DNA of 43,676 nucleotides, taken from the NCBI GenBank assembly GCA_012518975.1, contig JAAYRC010000034.1, positions 1-43,676 on the forward strand. The letters run 5' to 3'. Positions 9,767 through 18,913 of the stretch are shown here, in pieces. Within the stretch, counting starts at the first letter, position 1, and the number at the start of each line of letters is the position of its first letter. A program made the position numbers and the translations under genes. Source of the DNA: Clostridiales bacterium (GTDB taxonomy: Bacteria; Bacillota; Clostridia; Lachnospirales; Lachnospiraceae). Under the pieces are notes generated by a model. It saw only the letters and a list, made by a program, of their open reading frames with translations. It made no database searches and had not been told where the DNA came from.

Positions 9767-10555
9767 ATGGGTTTAATGCATTTTAGTTTTTTACCCCAGA
9801 GCCTGGGATTTCATTCAAATGTATATCTTATATTGCCATATGATAGTAGTATGGATATGAGGCCTTATAAGCATTTATATTTGCTTCATGGTGGGGCAGG
9901 AAATGCACAGGACTGGACAAGATATACAAGTATTGAACGTTATGCAGAGGAAAACAATATTGCTGTAGTAATGCCTGAAGTTGGAGGGAGTAGTTTTTAC
10001 GCCGACATGGTTTATGGATATAATTATTATACCTATTTGACAGAAGAATTACCCATGGTATTAAACTCGTATTTTCCGTTTTCAGATAAAAGACAAGACC
10101 GTTTTGTTGCAGGCTTATCAATGGGAGGATACGGGGCCTACAAATGGGCTTTTGATAAACCGGAATATTTTTCAGCAGCAGGTAATTTCTCTGGTTTTTC
10201 ATTTACTGATGAGCTCTTTAATGGGGACTTGCCTATTTCAAAGGAGGCAAGGCTAGGAGAAAATGGTATATGCAATCTTGCATGGGGGTCATATGAGAAT
10301 ATGTTAGGAAGTAAAAATGATACTAGGTATATGGTAAGCAATGCAGTTAAAAACAAGCTAGACTTGCCAAGAATGTATGCTGCCATGGGTAGGGAAGACT
10401 TTAGCTATGAATATGGACAAAGATACTTAAAATTTATGGAAAGCAACGGAATTAGAGTAAAATATGATGAAGTATCAGGAGGACATGAGTGGAAGGTATG
10501 GGATATTGCTGTTAATAACTTTATAAAATGGGCCTTGGAAAAGGATTCTATATAA
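9767..10555 (+). CDS. Second alpha/beta-hydrolase esterase (paralogous family)
   Basis: LYLLHGG, GLSMGG, GRED and GGHEW. Shares IERYA..N..AVVMPEV with the upstream gene. No signal peptide. Confidence 0.88.
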   Translation: MGLMHFSFLPQSLGFHSNVYLILPYDSSMDMRPYKHLYLLHGGAGNAQDWTRYTSIERYAEENNIAVVMPEVGGSSFYADMVYGYNYYTYLTEELPMVLNSYFPFSDKRQDRFVAGLSMGGYGAYKWAFDKPEYFSAAGNFSGFSFTDELFNGDLPISKEARLGENGICNLAWGSYENMLGSKNDTRYMVSNAVKNKLDLPRMYAAMGREDFSYEYGQRYLKFMESNGIRVKYDEVSGGHEWKVWDIAVNNFIKWALEKDSI

Positions 10556-10583
10556 AATGATATAGTGGACAAGGAGGGTTATT

Positions 10584-11765
10584 ATGTCTAGATTTAAAAA
10601 GATGGATGATTTACTAAAGCGGTTTTCTGAAAATTCTATACCAGGAAGTGCCTGTACTATAATGAAAAAGGACGAAATAATATACCAAGGTTATGCAGGT
10701 TATGCTGACTTAGATACAAAACAAGAGATTGATAGTAGATCAATTTTCAGGCAGGCATCGACCACAAAGCTATTTACCTATGCTATAATAGGTATGTTAT
10801 ATGAGGAAGGAAGGTTTTTGCTTTCTGATCCTATATATGAATATCTACCTGAATGGAGGCATGTAAAAAAGTATCATACAGGGCCAGATAATAAGCTTGA
10901 GATAGTTGATCTTGAGAATCCTATTACTATAAAAGATGTAGTAACTATGGCATGTGGATTGCCATACTGTATGTTCCCTGATCTAAATTCTGATCAACCA
11001 GTTGTTGTAGCTATGAGTGAAGCCCTTCTTTCTATTATGGGAGATAAAAAACCAAACCTTAGAGAAGAAGTCCGTGTAATGTCTAAGGTACCTGTATTAT
11101 TTGAACCAGGTACCCGTTGGTTGTATGGATTTGGTAGTGAAATCACAGGAGCCATAGTGGAAGAAATCACGGGTAAGTCCTTACGTATTGTATTTGAGGA
11201 AAGGATTATTGAACCATTAGGTTTAAAAGACACTAGCACATATATTACAGATCATAACCGTTCACAGGTGGTTAAGAACTATTCTAAAGCTGATAATGGT
11301 AGTCTTATAAAGATGGAGGCTGATTCAGATGCAGACTATAATCCTGAATTAACACCTATAGGAGCAAGGCCTAGCTTGCTATCAAGTTCTAATGAATTTG
11401 CAGTGTTTATGCAGATGCTTTCAAATGGAGGTAGTTATAAGGGAGAGAGGCTACTTGGCCGAAAAACTGTTGATTTATTGCGAACTAATTATTTGAATGA
11501 GACACAATTAAGGGATTATAATTATAATAATCCTTACCTTGCAGGCTATGGCTATGGCTTAGGCTTTAGAACTTTAATGGATAAGGCGGCAGCTAATCAT
11601 AATGGGTCTCTAGGAGCCTTTGGATGGACTGGTGGATCTGGAATATGGGTAGAAGCTGATCCAAAAGAGGAGCTTGCAATTGTATATATGCATAATATGA
11701 GACCTAATGAAGAACTTTATCATCATTTAAGAGTACGTTCGGTCGCATATGGATGTCTTGATTAG
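10584..11765 (+). CDS. Serine hydrolase of the beta-lactamase fold (family VIII esterase-like)
   Basis: SxxK (ASTTK), FEPGTRWLYG, YGYGLG and FGWTGGSG. No signal peptide. Confidence 0.85.
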   Translation: MSRFKKMDDLLKRFSENSIPGSACTIMKKDEIIYQGYAGYADLDTKQEIDSRSIFRQASTTKLFTYAIIGMLYEEGRFLLSDPIYEYLPEWRHVKKYHTGPDNKLEIVDLENPITIKDVVTMACGLPYCMFPDLNSDQPVVVAMSEALLSIMGDKKPNLREEVRVMSKVPVLFEPGTRWLYGFGSEITGAIVEEITGKSLRIVFEERIIEPLGLKDTSTYITDHNRSQVVKNYSKADNGSLIKMEADSDADYNPELTPIGARPSLLSSSNEFAVFMQMLSNGGSYKGERLLGRKTVDLLRTNYLNETQLRDYNYNNPYLAGYGYGLGFRTLMDKAAANHNGSLGAFGWTGGSGIWVEADPKEELAIVYMHNMRPNEELYHHLRVRSVAYGCLD

Positions 11766-11817
11766 TATTCAATCTATGGTATTATAATTTTATTATATAA
11801 TAATAAGGAGAAAGTAT

Positions 11818-13140
11818 ATGGCAAAGATAACATTTTTAGGTGCTGGGTCTACTGTATTTGCAAGAAATGTATTAGGAGATTGCATGTGTACCCCCAGCTT
11901 GCAGGATGCAGAGATTGCTTTGTATGATATTGATCCTAAACGTTTGGAAGAATCAGAGGTTATACTTCAGGCAATTAATAAAAACGTTAATTCTTCAAGA
12001 GCAAAGATATATACATATCTTGGCGAAGATCAGAGGAAGGATGCTCTAAAGGATGCTGATTTTGTAATAAATGCAATACAGGTTGGAGGCTACGATCCAT
12101 GCACTATTATTGATTTTGAAATTCCTAAAAGATATGGCTTAAGGCAGACTATAGCAGATACACTGGGGATAGGTGGAATTATGCGTGGTCTAAGAACAAT
12201 ACCTGTGATGCTTGATATTGTCAGGGATATGGAAGAGGTATGTCCAGACACCTTGTTTATTAATTACACTAATCCAATGTCAATCTTGACCGGATATATC
12301 CAAAAGTATACAAAAATAAAAACCATCGGCTTGTGCCACAGCGTTCAGATTTGTTCATCAGACCTATTAAAGGGCCTTGGCATGGAAGATAAGCTAGAGG
12401 GACGTAGTGAACTTATTGCTGGCATAAACCATATGGCATGGCTATTAGAGATAAGGGATAAGGATGGAAATGACCTCTACCCAGAGATAAAAAGGCGTGC
12501 CCTACTTAAAAACCAGAATGAAAAGCACCATGATATGGTTAGATATGAATATATCAAGCATTTGGGCTATTATTGTACAGAATCTAGTGAGCACAATGCT
12601 GAATATAACCCATTCTTTATTAAGTCAAATTATCCTGAATTAATAGATGACTTTAATATACCATTAGACGAATATCCAAGAAGGTGTATAGCGCAAATCG
12701 AGGGCTGGGAGAATGAGAAAAACAATATCCTGCAGGATGGTAAGATAAGTCACAAAAGGTCTAACGAATATGCATCCTATATAATGGAGGCTGTTCTCAC
12801 TAATAAACCAATAAAAATAGGCGGGAATGTGTTAAATACAGGCCTGATTGAAAATCTACCTTATGATGCTTGTGTAGAAGTTCCTTGTTTGGTGGATGGT
12901 CAAGGCATTCATCCCTGCTATGTAGGAAGGTTACCAGTACAGCTAGCTGCAATGAATATGACTAATATAAATGTTCATCTACTTACAATAGAGGCAGCCC
13001 GTACGAAGAAAAGAGAAAACATCTATCAGGCCGCCATGTTAGACCCTCATACAGCGGCAGAGCTTTCTATAGATGATATAGTGAAAATGTGTGATGAAAT
13101 GATTGAGGCTCACGGGGTATATATGAAGGATTATGTATAA
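11818..13140 (+). CDS. melA: GH4 NAD+/Mn2+-dependent alpha-galactosidase
   Basis: GAGS NAD-binding start, QTIADTLG.GG, NYTNP, the CHSV motif typical of GH4 alpha-galactosidases, GINH and TESSEHNAEY. Confidence 0.88.
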   Translation: MAKITFLGAGSTVFARNVLGDCMCTPSLQDAEIALYDIDPKRLEESEVILQAINKNVNSSRAKIYTYLGEDQRKDALKDADFVINAIQVGGYDPCTIIDFEIPKRYGLRQTIADTLGIGGIMRGLRTIPVMLDIVRDMEEVCPDTLFINYTNPMSILTGYIQKYTKIKTIGLCHSVQICSSDLLKGLGMEDKLEGRSELIAGINHMAWLLEIRDKDGNDLYPEIKRRALLKNQNEKHHDMVRYEYIKHLGYYCTESSEHNAEYNPFFIKSNYPELIDDFNIPLDEYPRRCIAQIEGWENEKNNILQDGKISHKRSNEYASYIMEAVLTNKPIKIGGNVLNTGLIENLPYDACVEVPCLVDGQGIHPCYVGRLPVQLAAMNMTNINVHLLTIEAARTKKRENIYQAAMLDPHTAAELSIDDIVKMCDEMIEAHGVYMKDYV

Positions 13141-13157
13141 TCAATAGATACAAAATT

Positions 13158-13200
13158 TAAGGGCTGTTGCAGAATTATATTTTTGCAGTAGCCCTTAGTT
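13158..13200 (+). terminator. Stem-loop ending the sugar operon
   Basis: TAAGGGCTGTTGCAG / TTGCAGTAGCCCTTA inverted repeat 17 nt after the melA stop. Confidence 0.7.
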
Positions 13201-13470
13201 ATGCCGAGCTGGGCCTGAGAATTTTGCAAAGAAAACTCTTTTCTAAGGCAGACAACTTTGTATAAAATTTCACATAACATTATTTGGAACATAGTGTAAA
13301 AAACCAGCTTAAGAGACTTATTAAATGGAATAAAGTCCATATTGACTCTAGTTTGTAATGAAAATTATAATATAGATATAAGTAAGTATAAATGCCTGTT
13401 TTTAAAGAGTTGGCATTTTTTTTGGCCACTTATAAAATAGTATTATTTGATACAATTTTTTAAAAAAATA

Positions 13471-13499
13471 GTGAAATAAAATTCTCAATATGTTATAAT
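13471..13499 (+). promoter_or_regulatory. Extended -10 sigma-A promoter for rnf
   Basis: GTGAAA, 17 nt, TATAAT preceded by TG. A second candidate, TTGACT-18-TATAAT, lies at 13342-13371. Confidence 0.55.
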
Positions 13500-13571
13500 T
13501 AATCCGTGTGCCTATTTGGTGCGAGTTCGTTTATTATTTAACACAAATCAATAGAAAGAAGGATAAGGATA

Positions 13572-14933
13572 ATGGCTAGGTTAACATTTATGGGTGGCAT
13601 CCATACATTTGATGGCAAGGATTTATCTAAGGACCAACCCCTGGTTACTCTTTTACCAAAGGGTGATTTAGTGTTTCCTTTGTCTCAGCATATAGGAGCT
13701 CCTGCTAAGCCCCTGGTTGAGAAGGGAGATTCGGTTTTGGTTGGCCAAATAATTGCTGAATCTGATGGTATGATTTCATCTAATATCATAAGTTCAGTAT
13801 CCGGAACTGTTAAGGCAATTGAAAAAAGGTTGACATCAGAGGGGAAGATGATCGAATCCATAGTTATAGTTAATGACCATGAATACACAATAATAGAAGG
13901 CTATGGCGCAGACTGCGATTATACTAAGATGTCCAAGGATGAGATTAGAAACAAGGTTAAAGAGGCTGGGATTGTAGGTCTTGGAGGAGCTGGTTTTCCA
14001 ACACATGTTAAGTTGACACCCAAGGATGAAGGCAAAATAGATTACGTTATTGTAAATGGTGCAGAGTGTGAACCCTATCTTACATCAGACTATAGGCTCA
14101 TGCTAGAATATCCCCACTTGGTTATAGGTGGCTTGAAAATCATTCTTAGTTTGTTTGATAAAGCCAAAGGGGTTATTGCTATTGAGGACAACAAGCCAGA
14201 TGTTATAGCTAAATTTAAAGACCTAGTAGCCAATGAGACTAATATTGAGGTGAAGGCTCTTAAGACAAAGTATCCTCAGGGTGGTGAGCGTCAGCTGGTT
14301 TATGCTGTTACAAAGAGAAGGTTGAATTCTAAAAAGCTACCTGCTGACCTAGGTTGTATAGTCAATAACGTAGGAACAGTAGCGTCTATATATATGGCTG
14401 TTGCGAAATCAACACCTTTAACACATAGAATTGTAACAGTATCTGGAGATGCTGTAGCTAACCCTCAGAACTTTTATGTTCCGATTGGTACGAATTTTGA
14501 AGAGATAGTTGAGGCTGCAGGAGGGTTTAAGACACAGCCTAAGAAGCTTATATTTGGAGGACCTATGATGGGAACTTCCATGTTTACATTTAAGCTACCT
14601 GTTACAAAGACAACATCGTCTATACTAGGGTTTATTAAGGATGAGGCTGCAGTAGAAGAGTCTGCATGTATAAGATGTGGTAGATGTAATGAACATTGTC
14701 CTCTTAATTTAATGCCTATAGGTCTGCAGATGGCAGGAATTCATAATGAATATGAAAAGTTCTTAAAGATGGACGGAATGGAATGCTGTGGATGTGGGTG
14801 TTGTTCCTATGTATGCCCTGCTAATAGAAGTCTAACCCAGACTATTCTTCAGACCAAGCAAGTCGTCCTTTCAAAACAACAAGAGCATCATGAACTTCAT
14901 GAACTCCATAAAAATCATGCAGAAAATAAATAA
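13572..14933 (+). CDS. rnfC: Rnf complex subunit C (NADH/FMN-binding, 2x4Fe-4S)
   Basis: QHIGAP, GLGGAGFPT, NGAECEPYLT, KYPQGGE, GGPMMG, CIRCGRC..CP and CCGCGCCSYVCP. Confidence 0.96.
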   Translation: MARLTFMGGIHTFDGKDLSKDQPLVTLLPKGDLVFPLSQHIGAPAKPLVEKGDSVLVGQIIAESDGMISSNIISSVSGTVKAIEKRLTSEGKMIESIVIVNDHEYTIIEGYGADCDYTKMSKDEIRNKVKEAGIVGLGGAGFPTHVKLTPKDEGKIDYVIVNGAECEPYLTSDYRLMLEYPHLVIGGLKIILSLFDKAKGVIAIEDNKPDVIAKFKDLVANETNIEVKALKTKYPQGGERQLVYAVTKRRLNSKKLPADLGCIVNNVGTVASIYMAVAKSTPLTHRIVTVSGDAVANPQNFYVPIGTNFEEIVEAAGGFKTQPKKLIFGGPMMGTSMFTFKLPVTKTTSSILGFIKDEAAVEESACIRCGRCNEHCPLNLMPIGLQMAGIHNEYEKFLKMDGMECCGCGCCSYVCPANRSLTQTILQTKQVVLSKQQEHHELHELHKNHAENK

Positions 14934-14983
14934 ACTAAGAGAAAGATAGATTATGCATATAATTCGAGAAAGAGGTGTAGGCT

Positions 14984-15976
14984 TTGAGCGATTTTTATAA
15001 TGTGTCGGCAGCCCCTCATATAAGGAGCCCGATTTCAACTAAATCAATAATGCAGGATGTTGTTATTGCATTGATTCCAGCTAGCCTATTTGGGATATTT
15101 AACTTTGGCCTAAGGGCAGTGCTTGTAATACTTTCAACGGTTTTGGCATGCGTCATAACTGAATATACTTATTGTAAATTAATGAAAAAGCCCATTACTC
15201 CAGGGGACTATAGTGATGTAGTAACTGGTTTGCTTCTTGCTCTTAACCTGCCAGTTAGTATTCCTATCTGGATGGCGGTTCTTGGTGGGGTTTTTGCCAT
15301 ATTAATTGTCAAAATGTTATATGGTGGTCTAGGGCAGAATTTCATGAACCCAGCCCTAGCAGCCCGTGTATTTCTTTTTATAAGCTTCCCTGCTAGAATG
15401 TCATCGTTTGCCCTTGAAAGAATCAACTCACCAGGGGTGAAAGATTTTCTAAGGGATGGGGCACTAGTCCTGGATGGTGTATCGGGAGCAACTCCCTTGG
15501 GCCAGCTAAAGGCAGGAGAAGGTGTTGATTTATTTAAGATGTTTGTGGGAAACATTGGTGGAACAATTGGTGAAACCAGTGCATTAGCTCTCCTTCTAGG
15601 AGCTGCTTACTTGGTATACCGTAAGGTTATATCCCTTAGGATTCCACTTAGCTATATAATATCTTTTGCAGTATTTGCCTTATTATTCGGTGGAAATGGT
15701 TTTGATGTAAATTACTTACTGGGCCAAATTCTTGGTGGTGGACTTATTATAGGTGCATTTTATATGGCAACCGATTATGTGACAAGTCCCTCTACCCATA
15801 AGGGGCAGATTGTATTTGGTATATTTCTTGGTATAATGACTGGAATATTTAGAATAATTGGTTCAGGTGTTGAGGGAGTATCCTATGCTATTATATTAGG
15901 AAACCTTTTAGTACCTATGATTAACATGTTCACACGTCCAAAAACTTTTGGAAAGGAGCGTGTAAAGAATGGGTAA
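14984..15976 (+). CDS. rnfD: Rnf complex subunit D
   Basis: GGLGQNFMNPAL, FMN site DGVSGATPL, GGTIGETS and MATDYVTSP. Confidence 0.96.
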   Translation: MSDFYNVSAAPHIRSPISTKSIMQDVVIALIPASLFGIFNFGLRAVLVILSTVLACVITEYTYCKLMKKPITPGDYSDVVTGLLLALNLPVSIPIWMAVLGGVFAILIVKMLYGGLGQNFMNPALAARVFLFISFPARMSSFALERINSPGVKDFLRDGALVLDGVSGATPLGQLKAGEGVDLFKMFVGNIGGTIGETSALALLLGAAYLVYRKVISLRIPLSYIISFAVFALLFGGNGFDVNYLLGQILGGGLIIGAFYMATDYVTSPSTHKGQIVFGIFLGIMTGIFRIIGSGVEGVSYAIILGNLLVPMINMFTRPKTFGKERVKNG

Positions 15977-16616
15977 TAATAAAGGAAAAAAGTCCACTAT
16001 ATTAAAAGATGCTTTATCTCTAACAATAATTACAATTATATGTAGCTTTGCCTTAGCCTTTGTCTATGAGATTACTAAGGACCCTATTAAGGCTCAGGAA
16101 GATGCCAAAAAAAATGCTGGTTATATTGTTGTTTATCCTGATGCTAAGGAACTAGCTACCGATGAGGAGTTAGTAGAGCTTGCAGCTGAAATGGACTTAT
16201 CAACATTAGATAGTGAATTTGCAGGTGTTACCATAGATGATGTAATTCAGGCCTTGGATAGTGATGGTAATAAAATGGGCTATATAGTTAAATCGAATAC
16301 AAGAGGGTATTCTAGTACAATTTCAGTAGCAACCGGATATTCTTTGGATGGCGTTGTACAGGGTATAGAGTTACTGTCCATTGGTGATACAGTTGGTTAC
16401 GGTATGGAGTTAACAAATGATGAGTTTAAAGATAGGTTTAAAGGTGTTGAGACAGACCACTTTGTATTAACTAGGGACAATGCATCAAATGATAACGATA
16501 TAGATGTATATAGTGGTTCAACCACATCAACATCAGCTGTGGTTAAAGCTGTTAATGCAGGAATTGGATTTCTCATTGAAAATGCCAAGGATTTAGGAGG
16601 TGGTGCAAATGAATAA
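15969..16616 (+). CDS. rnfG: Rnf complex subunit G
   Basis: N-terminal TM anchor, FMN-binding domain with variant motif DVYSGST, and position between rnfD and rnfE. Confidence 0.9.
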   Translation: MGNNKGKKSTILKDALSLTIITIICSFALAFVYEITKDPIKAQEDAKKNAGYIVVYPDAKELATDEELVELAAEMDLSTLDSEFAGVTIDDVIQALDSDGNKMGYIVKSNTRGYSSTISVATGYSLDGVVQGIELLSIGDTVGYGMELTNDEFKDRFKGVETDHFVLTRDNASNDNDIDVYSGSTTSTSAVVKAVNAGIGFLIENAKDLGGGANE

Positions 16617-17295
16617 ATATCTGGAACGGTTAACAAATGGATTGTTTAAGGAAAACCCCACTTTCGTCCTTATGTTGGGAATGTGCCCCACCTTGGCGGT
16701 TACGGTATCGGCCACGAATGGTTTGGGTATGGGACTATCCACGGCAGTTGTGTTGGTGGCTTCTAATGTTATAATTGCAGCCCTAAGAAAGTTTATTCCT
16801 AATACAGTAAGAATGCCATATTTCATTGTAGTAGTTGCCTCGATGGTTACAATTGTTCAACTTCTTTTACAAGCTTATGTACCAGAAGTTAATGAATCAT
16901 TGGGTATATATATACCTCTAATTGTAGTAAACTGCATTATCTTTGGCAGGGTAGAGGCTTATGCAGCAAAGAATAAGGTAGGCCTTTCCTTATTTGATGG
17001 TATTGGAATGGGACTTGGTTTTACTATAGCCTTGGTTATTATTGGATCATTTAGAGAGCTTCTTGGTGCAGGTACCATATTTAATTATAGAGTAATGCCA
17101 GAAAGCTATGAACCTATAGCAATGTTTGTAAAACCACCTGGTGCATTCTTGGTATTAGCAGTACTTACGGCACTACAGAACAAATTTAGGCTTCCATCAG
17201 CTACCAATAAAAAAGACAAGGTATCTCAACTTACCTGTGGAGGAGATTGTCTAAACTGTAATGATAGAGAAAAAGCAGAAAGGAAGGAGGATTGA
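16609..17295 (+). CDS. rnfE: Rnf complex subunit E
   Basis: ENPTFV..LGMCPTLAVT, IPLIVVNC and PPGAF. ATG at 16609 follows GGAGGTGG. Confidence 0.95.
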   Translation: MNKYLERLTNGLFKENPTFVLMLGMCPTLAVTVSATNGLGMGLSTAVVLVASNVIIAALRKFIPNTVRMPYFIVVVASMVTIVQLLLQAYVPEVNESLGIYIPLIVVNCIIFGRVEAYAAKNKVGLSLFDGIGMGLGFTIALVIIGSFRELLGAGTIFNYRVMPESYEPIAMFVKPPGAFLVLAVLTALQNKFRLPSATNKKDKVSQLTCGGDCLNCNDREKAERKED

Positions 17296-17300
17296 TTTAG

Positions 17301-17891
17301 ATGAATTCAGATTATTTAGTTAACCTATTAATAATTTTAATCAGTGCAGCATTTATAAATAACGTTATCCTAAGTCAATTCCTAGGAATATGTCCCTTCC
17401 TTGGTATATCTAATAAAATTAAGTCAGCAGTAGGAATGGGCCTAGCTGTAATGTTTGTTATTACCACTGCATCTATTTTATGTAGTCTGGTATTTCAATA
17501 TATCCTTGATCCAATGAATCTACAATACTTACAGACCATAGTATTTATTATCGTAATTGCAGCCTTGGTACAGTTGGTTGAAATGGTAATTAAGAAATTT
17601 AGTCCGACTCTTTATGATGCCCTTGGAGTTTATCTACCACTAATTACTACTAACTGTGCTGTGCTAGGTGTAGCTCTCCTTAATGTAGATAAGGGCTTTG
17701 ATTTGGTTGAGAGTATCGTTAACGGCTTTGCTTCCGCCCTAGGATTTACTATTGCTATAGTACTTATGGCAGGTATTCGTGAGAGAATGGAGCATAACGA
17801 TATTCCAGAAACCTTTAAAGGCTTTCCAATCACCTTGGTAACAGCAACCCTGATGGCAATGGCCTTCTATGGCTTTGCTGGACTAGTATAA
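17301..17891 (+). CDS. rnfA: Rnf complex subunit A
   Basis: NNVILSQFLGICPFLG, YLPLITTNCAVLG and GIRER. Confidence 0.96.
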   Translation: MNSDYLVNLLIILISAAFINNVILSQFLGICPFLGISNKIKSAVGMGLAVMFVITTASILCSLVFQYILDPMNLQYLQTIVFIIVIAALVQLVEMVIKKFSPTLYDALGVYLPLITTNCAVLGVALLNVDKGFDLVESIVNGFASALGFTIAIVLMAGIRERMEHNDIPETFKGFPITLVTATLMAMAFYGFAGLV

Positions 17892-17905
17892 AGGAGGGAA
17901 TTGCT

Positions 17906-18772
17906 ATGTTCATAATAAATATTGTTGAAAACACTAGCCTTATACCCGGCTTATCCATAGTGCTTGCTTTTAGTCTTAAAAATATTGCTATAGCTACTGG
18001 AGTTGTAAGCCTAATCGGACTCCTAATTGGGCTTTTCCTAGGAATTGCATCAAAGAAGTTAGAGGTAGCTGTAGATGAACTAGAGGAAATGGTAAGAGAA
18101 CTTCTTCCAGGAGCTAACTGTGGTGGATGTGGATATGCTGGATGTGATGCCTGTGCAAAGGCTATAGCTAAGGGAGAGGCGGCGGCCGATGTATGCCCTG
18201 TAGCAAGCAGTGAAGCAAATAAAGAAATAGCCAAATTGGTAGGTGGAACTGTAGAGGAGTCAGAAAAGAAGGTTGCCTATGTAAATTGTGTAGGAACTTG
18301 TGACAAATCCAAGGTTAATTCTACTTACTATGGGCCCAAGGATTGTAAACTGGCAGCAGGAATTGGCGGTAACGGTTCAAAGGCTTGTAGCTATGGCTGT
18401 ATGGGATTTGGATCCTGTGTGAATGTTTGTGCATTTGATGCTATTCATATTGTAGATGGGGTGGCCTTGGTAGATAAGGAGAAATGCACAGCATGTGGAA
18501 TGTGTGTGGCTGAGTGTCCTAATAATATCATAGAGATGGTAACTGCTAAGGCCAGAACTTTAGTGGCCTGTAGCTCATATGATAAGGGTAAGGATGTTAA
18601 AACCTACTGCTCAATTGGATGCATTGGATGTAAGCTTTGCGTAAGAGCGTGTGAATATGATGCGATTCATGTAAAGGATAATCTTGCAAAAATTGATTAT
18701 AGTAAATGCACCAATTGTGGAGCATGTGTAAAGGTCTGCCCAGTTAAAGTGATACAAGAGCAGCCTGCATAA
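17906..18772 (+). CDS. rnfB: Rnf complex subunit B (polyferredoxin)
   Basis: LPGANCGGCGYAGC plus four CxxCxxCxxxC-type ferredoxin motifs. Confidence 0.96.
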   Translation: MFIINIVENTSLIPGLSIVLAFSLKNIAIATGVVSLIGLLIGLFLGIASKKLEVAVDELEEMVRELLPGANCGGCGYAGCDACAKAIAKGEAAADVCPVASSEANKEIAKLVGGTVEESEKKVAYVNCVGTCDKSKVNSTYYGPKDCKLAAGIGGNGSKACSYGCMGFGSCVNVCAFDAIHIVDGVALVDKEKCTACGMCVAECPNNIIEMVTAKARTLVACSSYDKGKDVKTYCSIGCIGCKLCVRACEYDAIHVKDNLAKIDYSKCTNCGACVKVCPVKVIQEQPA

Positions 18773-18779
18773 AATAATA

Positions 18780-18829
18780 AAAAAACGAATGTGCACCCTG
18801 ATAATATAGGTGGTGCACATTCGTTTTTT
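18780..18829. terminator. Bidirectional intrinsic terminator between rnfB and the convergent AraC gene
   Basis: AAAAAACGAATGTGCACC / GGTGCACATTCGTTTTTT perfect arms with A and T tracts. Confidence 0.88.
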
Positions 18830-18857
18830 GTAATAGGAAATTAATTCTATTACAAAA
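18826..18857. repeat. TAATAGGA/TCCTATTA-type palindrome, copy A
   Basis: TTTTGTAATAGGA-AATTAA-TTCTATTACAAAA, related to the copies at 25382, 26475 and 40014. Confidence 0.6.
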
Positions 18858-18913
18858 TGTTCATATACGAATATAATTCCAATTAGAATGACAAACCCAG
18901 CATAATATAGAGC

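Noticed and set aside
10584-11765. Possible beta-lactam resistance gene
   Set aside because: It has no signal peptide and lies among esterases in a sugar operon, so a family VIII-type esterase fits better.
11818-13140. GH4 alpha-galacturonidase (LplD), suggested by the Lpl-like ABC genes
   Set aside because: The active-site motif is CHSV (alpha-galactosidase type), not CHEV.
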